Assembly: GCF_006345805.1 (NCBI RefSeq)
Contig: NC_043005.1
Coordinates: 67,704,001-67,768,000 of the forward strand
Reading direction: 5' to 3'
Source of the DNA: Octopus sinensis
Taxonomy: Eukaryota
Length of the DNA stretch: 64,000 bases
Below are positions 25,052 through 39,499 of the stretch, piece after piece. The notes beneath the pieces were generated by a model that was given only the letters and a program-made list of their open reading frames with translations, did no database searches and was not told where the DNA came from. The translations under genes were made by a program, and so were the position numbers. Position 1 is the first letter of the stretch, and each line of letters begins with the position of its first letter.

Positions 25052-25063
<12 letters not shown>
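24813..25063. repeat. Perfect 70-bp inverted repeat around a 111-nt A-rich (AAAAAGT-like) spacer
   Basis: 24813-24882 is the exact reverse complement of 24994-25063. Confidence 0.95.
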
Positions 25064-25087
<24 letters not shown>

Positions 25088-26179
25088 GTAAGACTTAAGC
25101 AAATAGAAAAGGATTGGGTCGGCTAAGAGAGTAAAGGTAATGTTATAATAAAAACAACAAATCTTATCAAATACAGCCACCTATTGTTTCCTGGTCGACA
25201 TAATAATTATTATTGCCATTTTGCAAGCTGAGAACCGTTTTTGTGTTGTCTTTTGAGCAGATAACGTTTAAACAAGAGACTGACAAGGAAGAAGACAAGA
25301 AGAAAGACACAAGGGTGGTAACCAGAACTACAATAATTCGATGTCATGTAGATGTAAACAAGATGTTAATGGTTTACTAAGTGTCAAGTGGTCTACTTGT
25401 AAATTCCAACCAGATGTATTTCTTGAAATGCGGATATTCAAAAAAAATCTCGTTCCTCGAATTTATGTATAGTCGCTAAACTATATTTACACATTTGTAT
25501 ATTTATCTTTATATCTTTTATTCGTCTAATAATACTCACTCATTCGCTCAATAAAATAAATGTAATACTATACCAAGTACTCAAAGAAAGTATTAGAATT
25601 TATGAAGAAACACGAAGAGTGGAGATCCCACCGAAGAATTAACAGTGGAAAATATATAACAGACTTTATGTTATAGATCTTATGTATTGTAACAGCCTCC
25701 TATAATGTTTTGTTGGTTTTTTTTAACATGCACAACAAATACTTTAGTTTTAAAAAAATGAGACAAGTTTGCATATGATACAATTGACTAAATAATTAAA
25801 GCCATTTTTCTCTTCAAAAACCACGCAGCAAACACGAAAATGATGCAGGGAACAACATAAATTGGCTGATGCAGAATTTTATAATTTGGAGAAATCCCAT
25901 TTTTGTTGTATATGTTAAAAATATTGCGTCATGATAACTATCACAAAGTATTAAAAAACCCAATAACATCATGAATTTTAATTGGTCTAATATAGTACAA
26001 ATCTTCATTGGCTAAAAATGCAAGAAGACTACATTTAGATGCAAAATATTATATATCAATTAGAATTTTAAAGAATTTTCTCCAGAGTGCAAACTTTAAT
26101 AATTGCTTTCGTTTAGTAAAAGTTACATATTCCCAACTATTTAATAAGCAGCTTTCATTATAATTGCATACATATACTT

Positions 26180-26219
<40 letters not shown>

Positions 26220-26603
26220 TACACACAGACACACACACATACGTACATGAATGTATTCTAATAACCTATTCATTTAACAAATAGATATATATACTCCAAG
26301 GGAAAAATATCACTAAGCAGTTCAGGAATTTCATTTTTAGCACAGATGTCCTATCAAAAGTTAATGATTATTTAAAAATCTTGAAATGCGTTCATCACAA
26401 TATGCAAGAATTTCTCAGAGTTTTTATCAACAGAATACGCACAAGCATTGATTTGTGGTTAGGTTTGTTATTTCAACACTTCAGAGTTCCACGTTCAATC
26501 CCACAGCGCAGCATTTCGGCTAGATGGTTTATTACTAATAGATTCAAATTTCCTCACAAGGGAAGTTTCATGGACGAAAACTGCGCGGTGGCCACTAGTG
26601 AGT

Positions 26604-26657
<54 letters not shown>

Positions 26658-26674
26658 ATGTATATATATATATA

Positions 26675-27733
26675 TAGAAAGGGATGCGTGCGTTCCGTCA
26701 TATAATATATATAAATAAAACATATGCATATATATATATATAATATATAATATATATATATATAATATATATATACATACATATATGTACGTACCTACCT
26801 CTACTGTATATATACACGCATATATGAGTACAGTAAACAAAAAAACCTCGAACACAATGAGAAACGAAAACATAGACACCAAAACCAAGGAACTGGACAT
26901 TTTTCTTAAACAACAACAAAAATAGAGTTACAGACAAAATCACACGGAAAAACCCCCTTCTTCAGTTCGCCATGGTTTCATCTACTCTACGTTTCGAAGG
27001 TGAAGGCGAGACATATCTTCGATAGCAAAACGTCCTTCCTGCGAAAGCAAATCAAATAAAATTTGAGACTTTTTGCAGAGGGGTAAAAATGGGTAACAAA
27101 AACAGAAACGTAACGACAGTACAAAATATAAGCAGTAAAAGACAGGACAAGGAAAATAACAAGACAAGAAGGGCTGTTAAGCCGAACGAAAAAAAAGTAT
27201 TACGAACGCTATTTTGTGGACGGTGAAGGGAGCAAAGAAAATTGCCGTCCACACCTCAAGAGGTCAGGCGAGAAAGAAGGTGGCAAGGCTCTCGTCGCGG
27301 GTTACGGGAGGGAGGGAGGAGGAGAGAGTAAGAGAAAGGGAGAGAAGAAAGGGGAATGGTTGTGAGGAAACCAGAAAGATGAAGAATGAGAGAGAGGAGA
27401 GAGAGAGAGAGTGAAGAATGAGAGAGAGGGAGAGACAGTTAAGTAGAAGAAAAGGAAATCAAAGAATGAAGGCTGAGAAAAGGAGGGGACAGAAAGGTTA
27501 AGAGTGCGCATCAAAATTAATATCAAGAACAGTCTTACTTAGAAAGGGATGCGTGCGTTCCGTCATATAATATATTAATAAATAAAACATATGCATATAT
27601 ATATACATATATGTACGTACCTACCTCTACATGTATATTTACACGCATATATGAGTACAGGACACCCAAAAAACGTCGAACACAATGAGAAACGAAAACA
27701 TAGACACAAACACAAGGAACTGGACATTTTCTT
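26675..27733 (-). mobile_element. Penelope/retrozyme-like element with terminal direct repeats (partial tandem, period ~865 nt)
   Basis: agaaagggatgcgtgcgttccgtcatataata..ggaactggacattttt occurs at 26676 and again at 27541. Flanked by TG/TA microsatellite on both sides, no coding ORF, contains a hammerhead. Confidence 0.75.
26953..27015 (-). ncRNA. Non-circularly permuted hammerhead ribozyme, intact core
   Basis: UAUGU-C^UCGCC-UUCA-CCUUC-GAA-ACGUA-GAGUAGAUGAAACCAU-GGCGAA-CUGAAGA-A-GGGGG. Stem III UAUGU/ACGUA, stem I UCGCC/GGCG(A)A, stem II GGGGG/CCUUC, GUC triplet. Confidence 0.75.
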
Positions 27734-27744
27734 ATATATATATA

Positions 27745-27850
27745 TATATATGGCGGGTAGTTTATTTATGTACGTATACACATACATATATATATATATA
27801 TATATACGTATACATATATATGTATATATATATATATATTATCTTATATA

Positions 27851-27894
<44 letters not shown>

Positions 27895-27987
27895 TTATGC
27901 TGCGTATACATATATATATATGTACATACATACAACATTGTGTTATCATGTAACTACATATATATATCTATGAATATATAAATATAT

Positions 27988-28032
<45 letters not shown>

Positions 28033-28349
28033 ATGTGTGTATGTATCCATATAAATGAATATATGCATGTATACATCTATGTAGATATATATAAGCATTT
28101 GTATATGTATAAATTGAGAATATAATAATTTAAATGATTTTATTAGTGGCCAGCGTATAATAACAGTCATATCGGTAAAATTAATATTTGAGTATATCAT
28201 TATTAATATATAATTATAAAATATATAATTATAATTAAGGCCCCGAAGGAGAAAGTTAGAGCGGTTTCTAGATATTTGACATCTAAATTGTCCCTCCAGT
28301 GCCCTTAATTATTATTATGAATTTATATTTATATACTTAAATATGCATT

Positions 28350-28382
<33 letters not shown>

Positions 28383-28424
28383 TATATATAGGAAAGAGAG
28401 AGAGAGAGAGAGAGAGATAGATAG

Positions 28425-28518
<94 letters not shown>

Positions 28519-28520
28519 TG
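27745..28520. repeat. Compound TA, GA and GATA microsatellites with short AT-rich spacers
   Basis: Direct reading. Confidence 0.85.
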
Positions 28521-29551
28521 TAGATATAAGTATTTCTTTATATTTGTGTGTGCGTAATTGTAATGCAGCGATTTCACTATCTTCTGCCGACTCATTTGGT
28601 CCCATACTAACAGTTGTTAAATAGGTGCCATGTACCTCACATTAACGCAGCTCATGACACCTATTCAAACTGAACAATGTCATTGTTATTCTCCCATTCC
28701 TTTCATCACCACTCGATAAATGCTCACCTTCTTTTTCTCTTGATTCTCTTACCTGCTGTTCTTAGATTTTAAACAACTCTAGAAGGAGATTTTGTCTACT
28801 AAATGCTTAAATAGTCTCCCTTGATCAAATATATTGAACTAACAAGCGAGAACCTAATCTTTTTGTAATTAGCATCGAAAATTCTACCCTGGGGTATTTT
28901 CTTTCTGCTAAATTAGAGATTTCTGCACATAGAAAATAAAAAAAAAGTTTTTCTTTTTAATTCTGTATTCTGAATATAAACGAAAATTCCATTATCAATT
29001 AAGAGTTAGCTCTGTATTTTATGAGGCGAATAATATTCTATTATGTGAATACAATCAGTAGATATGTATAGAAAAAAACATTAAAAAAATGTAATTGTTA
29101 AAAATCCATTTACGCTATAATTAGTTCCTTTTGCTAAGAAAATCTTCGACTACATTAGCCTACTTTACGAAAATGTAGAATTAGTAAGTGATAATAAAAG
29201 ACAATTATTTACTGGACTAATCAATTAGTGATTCTGCGTGTTTTCTTCTTTAATTAAATATACATTACTGATTTTAATTTATTTCTTCTAATTTATAGCT
29301 ATTGTGAGAACATATTTGTATCCAATTTAATTTCAATTACCTAATATTATTGTATCATAACTTTATAGTATCTCTTTTATCCGTTTGCAGGTTTCATTCA
29401 TTGAATTGAGGCTTCGCGAATTCACCTCCTTCGAAGGTTGTAGTCGATTATACAGGACCCCGGAATTATTTTAGTTCCGTGGGTATACTCACATTAGCAC
29501 ACATATACACACACATACTGACACACACACATACATATATACATATATATA

Positions 29552-30277
29552 TTGTGTAATAAATAAAATATATGCATACATACAAACATATATGTACGTA
29601 CCTACACTTACATGTATATATACATGCATATATAAATATATATACGTGGACAGGACACACAAATAGACGTAGAACTCAACGAGAAACGAAAAAGTAAAAA
29701 CAGCATGGACGGGACCATTTTTTTAACAACGAAAAAACAGAGTACAAGACAACTACACAAGGAAAAATCCCCTTCATCAGCTGTCCCTAGTTCAACTCCA
29801 GCGTGTTTCGAAGGTGAGGGACAGAACACCGTCTCATCGAACCAATCCCTCCTGCGAAAGTATTAAATAAAATCCTTTGCAGAGGGGTAAAAAACAAGGA
29901 AAAAAAGTGACAAAAACAGGACGTAAAAAACAATACAATTAAAAAACAAATACAAAATAAAAATACAATTACAAAAAATACAGTACAAGAAGGAATAGAA
30001 ACATGACAGGAAAACAAATAATGAGGGCCTATAAGCCTAGACGAGGAAAAATTTTTCACGAGCGCAGGAAGAAACATGTTTACTTGAAGAAGGCCGCCAG
30101 CGAAAGGAAGTTCGTCGACCCGGCTGTGAGAGAGATGAGGAGGAGTGAGAGAGAGAGAGACGAAGGAAGCCAAAGAGGGTGAAAGAAAGAGAGAAGGAGT
30201 TATAGAGTTTCGCGTCATAATTATATATAAAAACCAGCTTAGAGAAGAAGAAGAAACGAAACGAAACGAAACGAATC
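29552..30277 (-). mobile_element. Second subfamily of the permuted-hammerhead repeat (about one monomer)
   Basis: Homologous to 26675-27733 around the ribozyme (tttgcagaggggtaaaaa, cctgcgaaag, tttcgaaggtga) and weakly in the internal part. Confidence 0.75.
29769..29830 (-). ncRNA. Non-circularly permuted hammerhead ribozyme, intact core
   Basis: GGUGU-U^CUGUCCCU-CAC-CUUC-GAA-ACACG-CUGGAGUUGAACU-AGGGACAG-CUGAUGA-A-GGGG. Stem I is 8 perfect bp, stem III 4 bp, stem II 4 bp. Confidence 0.75.
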
Positions 30278-30688
30278 TTGTTTTTACCCATCTGCAAAGG
30301 AATTTTATTTAATTCTTTCGCAGGAAGGATTGGTTCGATGAGACGTGTTCTGTCCTCACCTTCGAAACACGCTGGAGTTGAACTAGGGACAGCTGATGAA
30401 GGGGATTTTTCCTTGTGTAGCTGTCTTGTACTCTGTTTTTTCGTTGTTAAAAAAATGGTCCGTTCCATGCTGTTTTTACTGTTTCGTTTCTTGTTGAGTT
30501 CTACGTCTATGTTGGTGTCCTGTACACACGTATATATATTATATATGCATGTATATATATGTAGATGTAGGTACACGTACATATATGTTTGTATGTGCAT
30601 ATATTTTATTTATTTACACTATTGGAGACTGAGCGCCCTCGCGTCGATTCGATTCGTTTCGTTCGTTTCTTCTTCTTCTCTAAGCTGG
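30277..30688 (+). mobile_element. Inverted duplicate of the same element's terminal repeat
   Basis: 30277-30622 is the reverse complement of 29552-29898 with scattered mismatches; 30646-30688 is the reverse complement of 30234-30277. Confidence 0.85.
30344..30404 (+). ncRNA. Non-circularly permuted hammerhead ribozyme, intact core
   Basis: CGUGU-U^CUGUCCU-CAC-CUUC-GAA-ACACG-CUGGAGUUGAACUA-GGGACAG-CUGAUGA-A-GGGG; predicted cleavage after 30349. Confidence 0.75.
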
Positions 30689-30811
30689 TGTATATATATA
30701 TATCTATATATATATTATATATATCATATATAAGGTATGTATATATACTTATACCAGATATATACTATACATATATATACATATAATATATATATATATA
30801 TAATATATATC

Positions 30812-30872
<61 letters not shown>

Positions 30873-30887
30873 AAAAATAAAATAAAA

Positions 30888-31131
30888 GCGCCCCTTTTAA
30901 AGCCTAGCCAAGGTCATGGGCCCGGTTTCCCGGTTTCAATGGCGTATGTGTTCCCCAGCTAGACGGCACGCCAGTCCATCGTAGCGTTACTCATTTTTGC
31001 CAGCTGAGTGGATTGGAATAACGTGAAATTAAGTGTTTTGCACAAGAACACAACGCATCTCCCGGTCTAAGAATCGAAACCACAATCTTACGATCATGCT
31101 GCTGACACCCTAACCACTAAGCCACGCGCCC
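30888..31131 (-). mobile_element. Full-length tRNA-derived SINE
   Basis: A box GTGGCTTAGTGGTTAGGG and B-box-like GGTTTCGATTC, then the body shared with 48647-49165. Confidence 0.85.
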
Positions 31132-31169
31132 CCAAAAATACACATGCAAGTTATATAAATATATGTATA

Positions 31170-31240
<71 letters not shown>

Positions 31241-31399
31241 TAAAGTCAGTGTATAAATTAACTCACTATTCTAGATGATACAATTACCAACACAGTCAAT
31301 CTCTCACATCTAGTAAAATATTTTTCGACAAGGTATCTCTTTATTATGATGTGAAACACAACTAGACATTTCAAAGAAAAGAGTATCTACACTCACCAT

Positions 31400-33640
<2,241 letters not shown>

Positions 33641-34151
33641 AACTCAACCTACCAGGTTTAGGCTTTCAAAGGACGAGTACACAGATGCCTCTTGTTACGC
33701 TCGTCATCAGAAATACAGTGAAATAATGAAAGGCCCGTTAGAAACCCACAACCAACTGTCGTTCATAATATCATGGCATGAAAAGAAGTCTCTTCGTAAC
33801 ATGCTTATACGGGAAATTGATTTCATGAGACTATTCTGATCGTCTCTAATTGCAACACCCTCTCCTTCATCATCGGAGGTATGTAGCTGTTGTAACTAAG
33901 AAATCAATAGCATTTGTAAATCTAATAGTACATCAAATTTTGAAATTTCAAACAGATGTATGGTGGTAGAAATTAGTTGATTATAAACTTAATTCTGGTT
34001 TTCCTTAAATAATGAACATCGCAAAACACCCGATATCTCTACATCCAATTTATATTTATAGCATGAACCAACGAATGGGGTATTTATGTTGCTGATAGAA
34101 ATAGCAGTCAAATTTCATTCACATAAAACTTTACAAATATTAGCCAATGTA

Positions 34152-34720
34152 TAAGGTGCATTCGAGAAGTTTTCTGACTTTTTCAGAAGTGCAAAACTCT
34201 ATTTTCCTTCAAAGTAGGCTCCTGTAACTTCAATGCACTTGTTGTCTCACTCCACCCACTTCGAGAAGGTCCCCAAATAAGTCTTTCAAATTAAGAATGA
34301 CCAGGATACTTGTCACAGCCTCCTTCTTCTCTTTCAGCTTAAGGAACAACCAACGCTTACAGAGAGCAAGGCCTGAGCTGTAGGGAGGATGTAGAACAGA
34401 TCTGATGTCCATATCTGTCAAGTATTTGGTTACCACGATGGAAATGTGGTCTGGTGCACAATCCTGATACATGTATTTTGGCCATTTGCGACGAAATCTT
34501 TTCCTGAATTTCGTCAAAACCTCCACAAATTACTCTTTGCTGACTGTCTGACCGTCTGACCAGAGAGAATCCAGTGGATGTAGATGATTTCCATGCCGTT
34601 GAAAAAGGGGATCATGAGCTTCTTGTTGAACTTGCTCTCGGCTGGCCTCTTGCGCCAGAGAAAAACAGATGTTTGGCCTATATAACTTTATTCATAAGCA
34701 GTCTGGAACATTTCATAAGT
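34152..34720 (-). mobile_element. Mariner (DD34D-type) transposase remnant
   Basis: YQDCAPDH..VLHPPYSSGLA..WLFLKLKE (consensus HDNAP.H, HPPYSPDLAP, LFPKLKE) and a decayed C-terminus resembling KCIEV.G.YFEGK. Confidence 0.7.
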
Positions 34721-34779
34721 TTCTGAAGCATTTTTACCCAGTTTAACACAAAACTATACTGCATAACGAACCGCCAAGT

Positions 34780-35230
34780 TGTCTTCATATCCTGATTGCA
34801 TTCTGCAAACTAATCCGATATGACAAGCAGTGGGGAATTTCAACCGTGTTTCGTGGTCTGCTACCACAACAGCTCCTTTAGGATCCAGTTAGCTCAAGAC
34901 ATCATCAGAAGGAACCACGTCCAGTTTTGGCCCCTGTTCCTCTACCGTTTTGACATGGCGGGCTCTTCCTCCTTTTGGAGTTGTCTTCAGCTCTTATGTT
35001 GGGTGCATGTCTTTCTTCTGTTCCCTGGCCTCTTCGATGAGGGTCAACGGGCGACTGACTGTCTTGTCAAATTTCCCTTTAAATACCTGCTATTAGACTC
35101 CAGCAGGCCACCCCAGCAAGTTTTCACGTGACACTGTCTCAACTTTAACTGACCAATGGAGGGCCCGTAGTCTTAGCCCACTCGTTCTCTAAACGAGACC
35201 ATCACCTGTAATCAGCGAAGCTAATTCAGC
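34780..35230 (-). mobile_element. Possible Ty3/Gypsy pol (RT-RNaseH junction) relic
   Basis: Minus-strand PSDDVLS*LDPKGAVVVAD resembles SD.VL.HYDP..P.VVA.DAS; single motif only. Confidence 0.3.
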
Positions 35231-37074
35231 GTCAAAGTGTTGGTGCAGCTATTTCTTCAACCTAGAATAAAGTTGGCAAGTCAGCTTATTAGATTTATAG
35301 TAATGGTATACTAAAATTACAATAATCTCCTAAATATTTCTCAGAACCTCTAGAATCCACCTTTCTAGGTACATTAGTTCTTAAAGCAAGCTGGGTTGTG
35401 CATGGCTAGAATGCCTTTGATCATGGGTGTAGTGGATCAGAACTAACCTGGAACAGGATTACAATAGTCTTGATGCAACTAGATGTTTGTGACGGTTTTA
35501 ATGTGTTCACGGTTGGTGAAGCGCAGAGTGTATAACAAGATACAAACTATTGATTCTTCTTCAACCGATAATCCTGCTCTATGTCGATTCCACTATATGA
35601 GATTCTCTAATTGATTTGAACTCAAAACTGGAAGAGATGAAACTAAATATAAGCTATTTAATCCGTTGTCTCTATCATGTCTGCCTCTGCACGTTTCTTT
35701 CACTATATAATGTCAATAAAACAAACATCAAGAGAAATGAAGTAAAACAGAATATGAAAAACAGTAATGACAACAAAAATGTGAAAATTAAATTAGCAAA
35801 TAAATAAAATTACCTTAAAATATTTAATAAAAAAATATCAAAATGAATTGAAATAAAAACGAAAGAAGTTTTTAGTATGGAACTAAAAGTGAAATTATAA
35901 ATATAACAATTAGACAGGAAATATAAATAAAACAAGACAGATAAAATGCGATTTACACTGAAAAGAGGTTTAAAATTTAATAAAAGTTTAATTGAAAAAA
36001 TTTGAATTGAAAGGAAAATAAACTTGAAAATTAAAAACAGAATATAATATAATATAGATGAAATATTTTTGAAATAAAATTAGAAACAAATACAATTTAA
36101 AATAAATGTGCTATAATGATCTTCAAAAAATTTTGAAACGCTGAATAAAGGTAAACAAAATTAATTAACGTTTCAAATGAATTACTGAAAAATAATTTAA
36201 TTAAAAAAATACTGAATATCCTAGAAAATAAACATCAAAATAATAAAACAAATTTAATTACGCGTGTATAAATGTATTAGTGTTTGTATAACCATATAAA
36301 TATATATATATTTATATTGATAAATAGAAAAATAATTATATTGATAACAAACATACTCAAGGCTGAACTCATTATGGGAAACAAACACTTTCATTGTGGA
36401 CTGGCGCGCGTATAAGATTTAATAGTAACTTTGAAACTTCACCATGTGAGGATTTTCAGACTGTCCTAACAAATGGGTGTCTGTTGCAAGGAATATGAAG
36501 TATAAACCTATGTTAAATCTAATACAGTAAAGTAGTAAGCGAATACACTCCATCCATGAACATTCCTTTTCATTTAAGATACGGTGCATCTAGACAAGGA
36601 TATTAAAGATTCGTGAGTTTGATATTATAACCAGGATAGGGAATTGTCAATAGAAATGATGAAGAACTAATGGGAATGTTTGCGTTATGCTTAATAAATA
36701 CTTTAAATGAATAGCCATATATAAGATGGTGATTATATAGAGCTGTTACTGTATGACAGATATTTACTGCATATAATAGGGAAAACCAAATCAGAGTGTG
36801 TGAATCGCATGCAGCTACTTCCAACGTGCTGCTCGTGGTAATATATTGGCTGTTTGTTTTGTTTTTTGTTTGCTTTGGGATTTTTTTGGTGGGGATGGTT
36901 CTGTCCCTATCAGAGATAACATAAAAGGTGAATATGAAAAAGCATTCAAGCATTATCACTATTGATTGAGTATGATCTTAGAATCTTACAGGATTGAAAC
37001 ATAAGATTAAACTTCCATTGTTACTAAAAATAGTTAAATAATTTAAGTCGTCATTTCAACACTAGATCTGAGAG

Positions 37075-37505
37075 AGTTTATGGTTAAGAAGCTCGATTTT
37101 CAACCATGTGGTTTGGGGTTCAGTTTCACTGCGTAGTACCTTGGGTAGGTGTCTTCTATAGTTTTGTACTGACCAATGTCTTGCGAGTAAATTTGGTAGA
37201 TGGAAACACGGTGGGATCCCGTCTCGTGTGTGTGTGTGTTTGTCTGTGTGTGTTTGTCTGTGTGTGTTTGTCTGTGTGCGTGTGTATTTTTTTATATCTA
37301 TCTTTGTCCATCCCCACCGCTTGAAAACCGGCGTTGGTTTGTTTACATCCCTGTGAATTTGCGGTTCGGCAAAAGAGACAAATAGAATGAGTACTAGACT
37401 TGAAAAGGGAAATAAGTACTGGGGTCGATTTGTACAATGTAAACCATTGAAAGCATTGCTCAAGCATGGCCACAATAAAGTGACCGAAACAAGTAAAAAA
37501 AGAAA
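37075..37505 (+). mobile_element. SINE (family of 7113)
   Basis: Colinear with the family consensus blocks. Confidence 0.85.
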
Positions 37506-38449
37506 ATGATTTTTGCAATCCATTACTAAATAAAGGGGTGGAAAAGGCAACGGGATTAAAGAAATATCTGCTTTAAAAGGATTACAGAAGAATGTCAGAC
37601 AACAGAGGTCATAAAAGGTTGGTAGTAAATTATTTAGGTGTGTCGAAGGAAAGAGAATGATCACAAATAGCTTAGCTGGTCTAGGCTCGACATCACTCTT
37701 GTCATACATATACATTGGTTATGTAACATAAGATGTTGAAAAAGAAGATTTTTTTTTTTCATTCAGTGAGTTTTATGTGAAAACAGTCGCGTTTGATTCA
37801 TGCTTTGTTGTTAGATTGTCATGTTAAAACTTGATGGTTTGAACTATATCTCCAGCTTAACATTTGATTTTCACTTCTGTTTCAATATTTTAAATAAAAC
37901 TATATTTTTATTCAGTTGGTTTCGTTGTGACAAAATAGTTATATTGGTTTATGTTATAAATTTATATTTTACACAAATTATGCACAACATTTAACAATTT
38001 CTCTTGGAGCGTATACCATCAGTTCAAAACGATTTCATGTTTTAATATTTTGGCTTCAGTTTGTCAGGCACATACAAGAACGGAGCCTGTACAGACCAAT
38101 GAAGGAAACTCTATTTGGTCGCTCAATGTGCAAGAAATAACAATTAAATCATACCCAATTTTCTGAGGAAGATACGTTGGTTCATGTTTCCTCCACTTAG
38201 GGGGAAAACGCTACACCCATAGTAGGAATGCTTTTGATCATTTATCTGCTCGATCAGAGTTGTTTTGAGGCTAAACAATATCAGCATCATAGTGCCAATG
38301 TAGTATATCTACTGCCGAAGCAAGTATCTGGAACTAAACGATATTAGCAACAAAACATTATTGCTCACGGTAGTGGTGTTAGAACCAGTTGTTACATTTT
38401 AGATATAAGCATTGTGTACAAGTGTCTTTGAAAATTTTGTGAAAATACC

Positions 38450-39310
38450 TTCATGAAATTGGAAATGTGAAAATATAAAAAGAACTTTAATAGTGAGCAA
38501 ACACTTTTACATATACCGTCAAATGAGTTTAATCTTTGGGTCATTCAGTCAATGCAGACCAGTTATTTAAAACAAAACTCTAAAGCAAATAACAAAAAGC
38601 TTTTTATATGAATATTTTCCTCCTAAATCAGAATTAAGAAGAAACAAATGAACGGCGTTAAAATCATTAATGTATAGTCAACATACATTATTGATAATTT
38701 TCAGTATGCAAGCTCATACAATGATCAGAGATAGTCATATTATGTTATGAAATTTTGCTTGTACTAAACACCATATTGTGATGAGGAATTTGGTAAGAAG
38801 AATACTGGTGGAGTTGTTGCAGTGTTATATACAAAAAGAAACCCAGAACTTCAGCGATTAATAGCACAAATATCAACTTTATGCCACATTCTAAAGTGTC
38901 GTATCTCCAAAACAAGGGCTGATAATGCAGGTAAAATGGAAAATTATTTAAAAAACTCCTTTACATTCAGCTTATCACTTAAATAATCTATAGATTACTA
39001 TAGCAGTATTTGTTTCTTACGATTCCTCTGCTATCACTATAAAGAAAGTAACATTAAAACAAACGTGGTGTTAACTTTAAAAATGAGCTTAGCAAAGCCT
39101 TAATAAAACCTGGTGTTTTATTGAACAGAATCATCAGCGTTGCATCAGACGGAGCAACTACAATGATGGGGAAATGCAGTACATTTCAATTAATTGTCTT
39201 CAATAACTAGCTGCCAGATAATCAAGTATGAAGGTCTTATGAAATTCATCTACAAAACTTATAATTCCATACGCTTAAGTGTGAAGACCCAACGACATCT
39301 CAGAAATTTT
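38450..39310 (+). mobile_element. hAT (Buster/SPIN-like) transposase remnant
   Basis: FSLSLK*SID (~38960, FSL.LDESTD-like) followed by LNRIISVASDGATTMMGK (39121-39174, TDGA..M.G motif); boundaries approximate. Confidence 0.55.
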
Positions 39311-39499
39311 ATTTAAAACACAGAAGCCTGAAGATAGACCGAGTACTGTTTTTTTTTCAAGCACATTCTAAAGTAGCTGTCTACTAGCATTGTCTTGGGT
39401 AGGTTTGGGGATCTTTTGGAGCCGATTATTACCTGGAAGAAAAAATTATTACTTGGACTAACAAAAATAAACACATTGTCAACTGCAAAAAGATATCCC

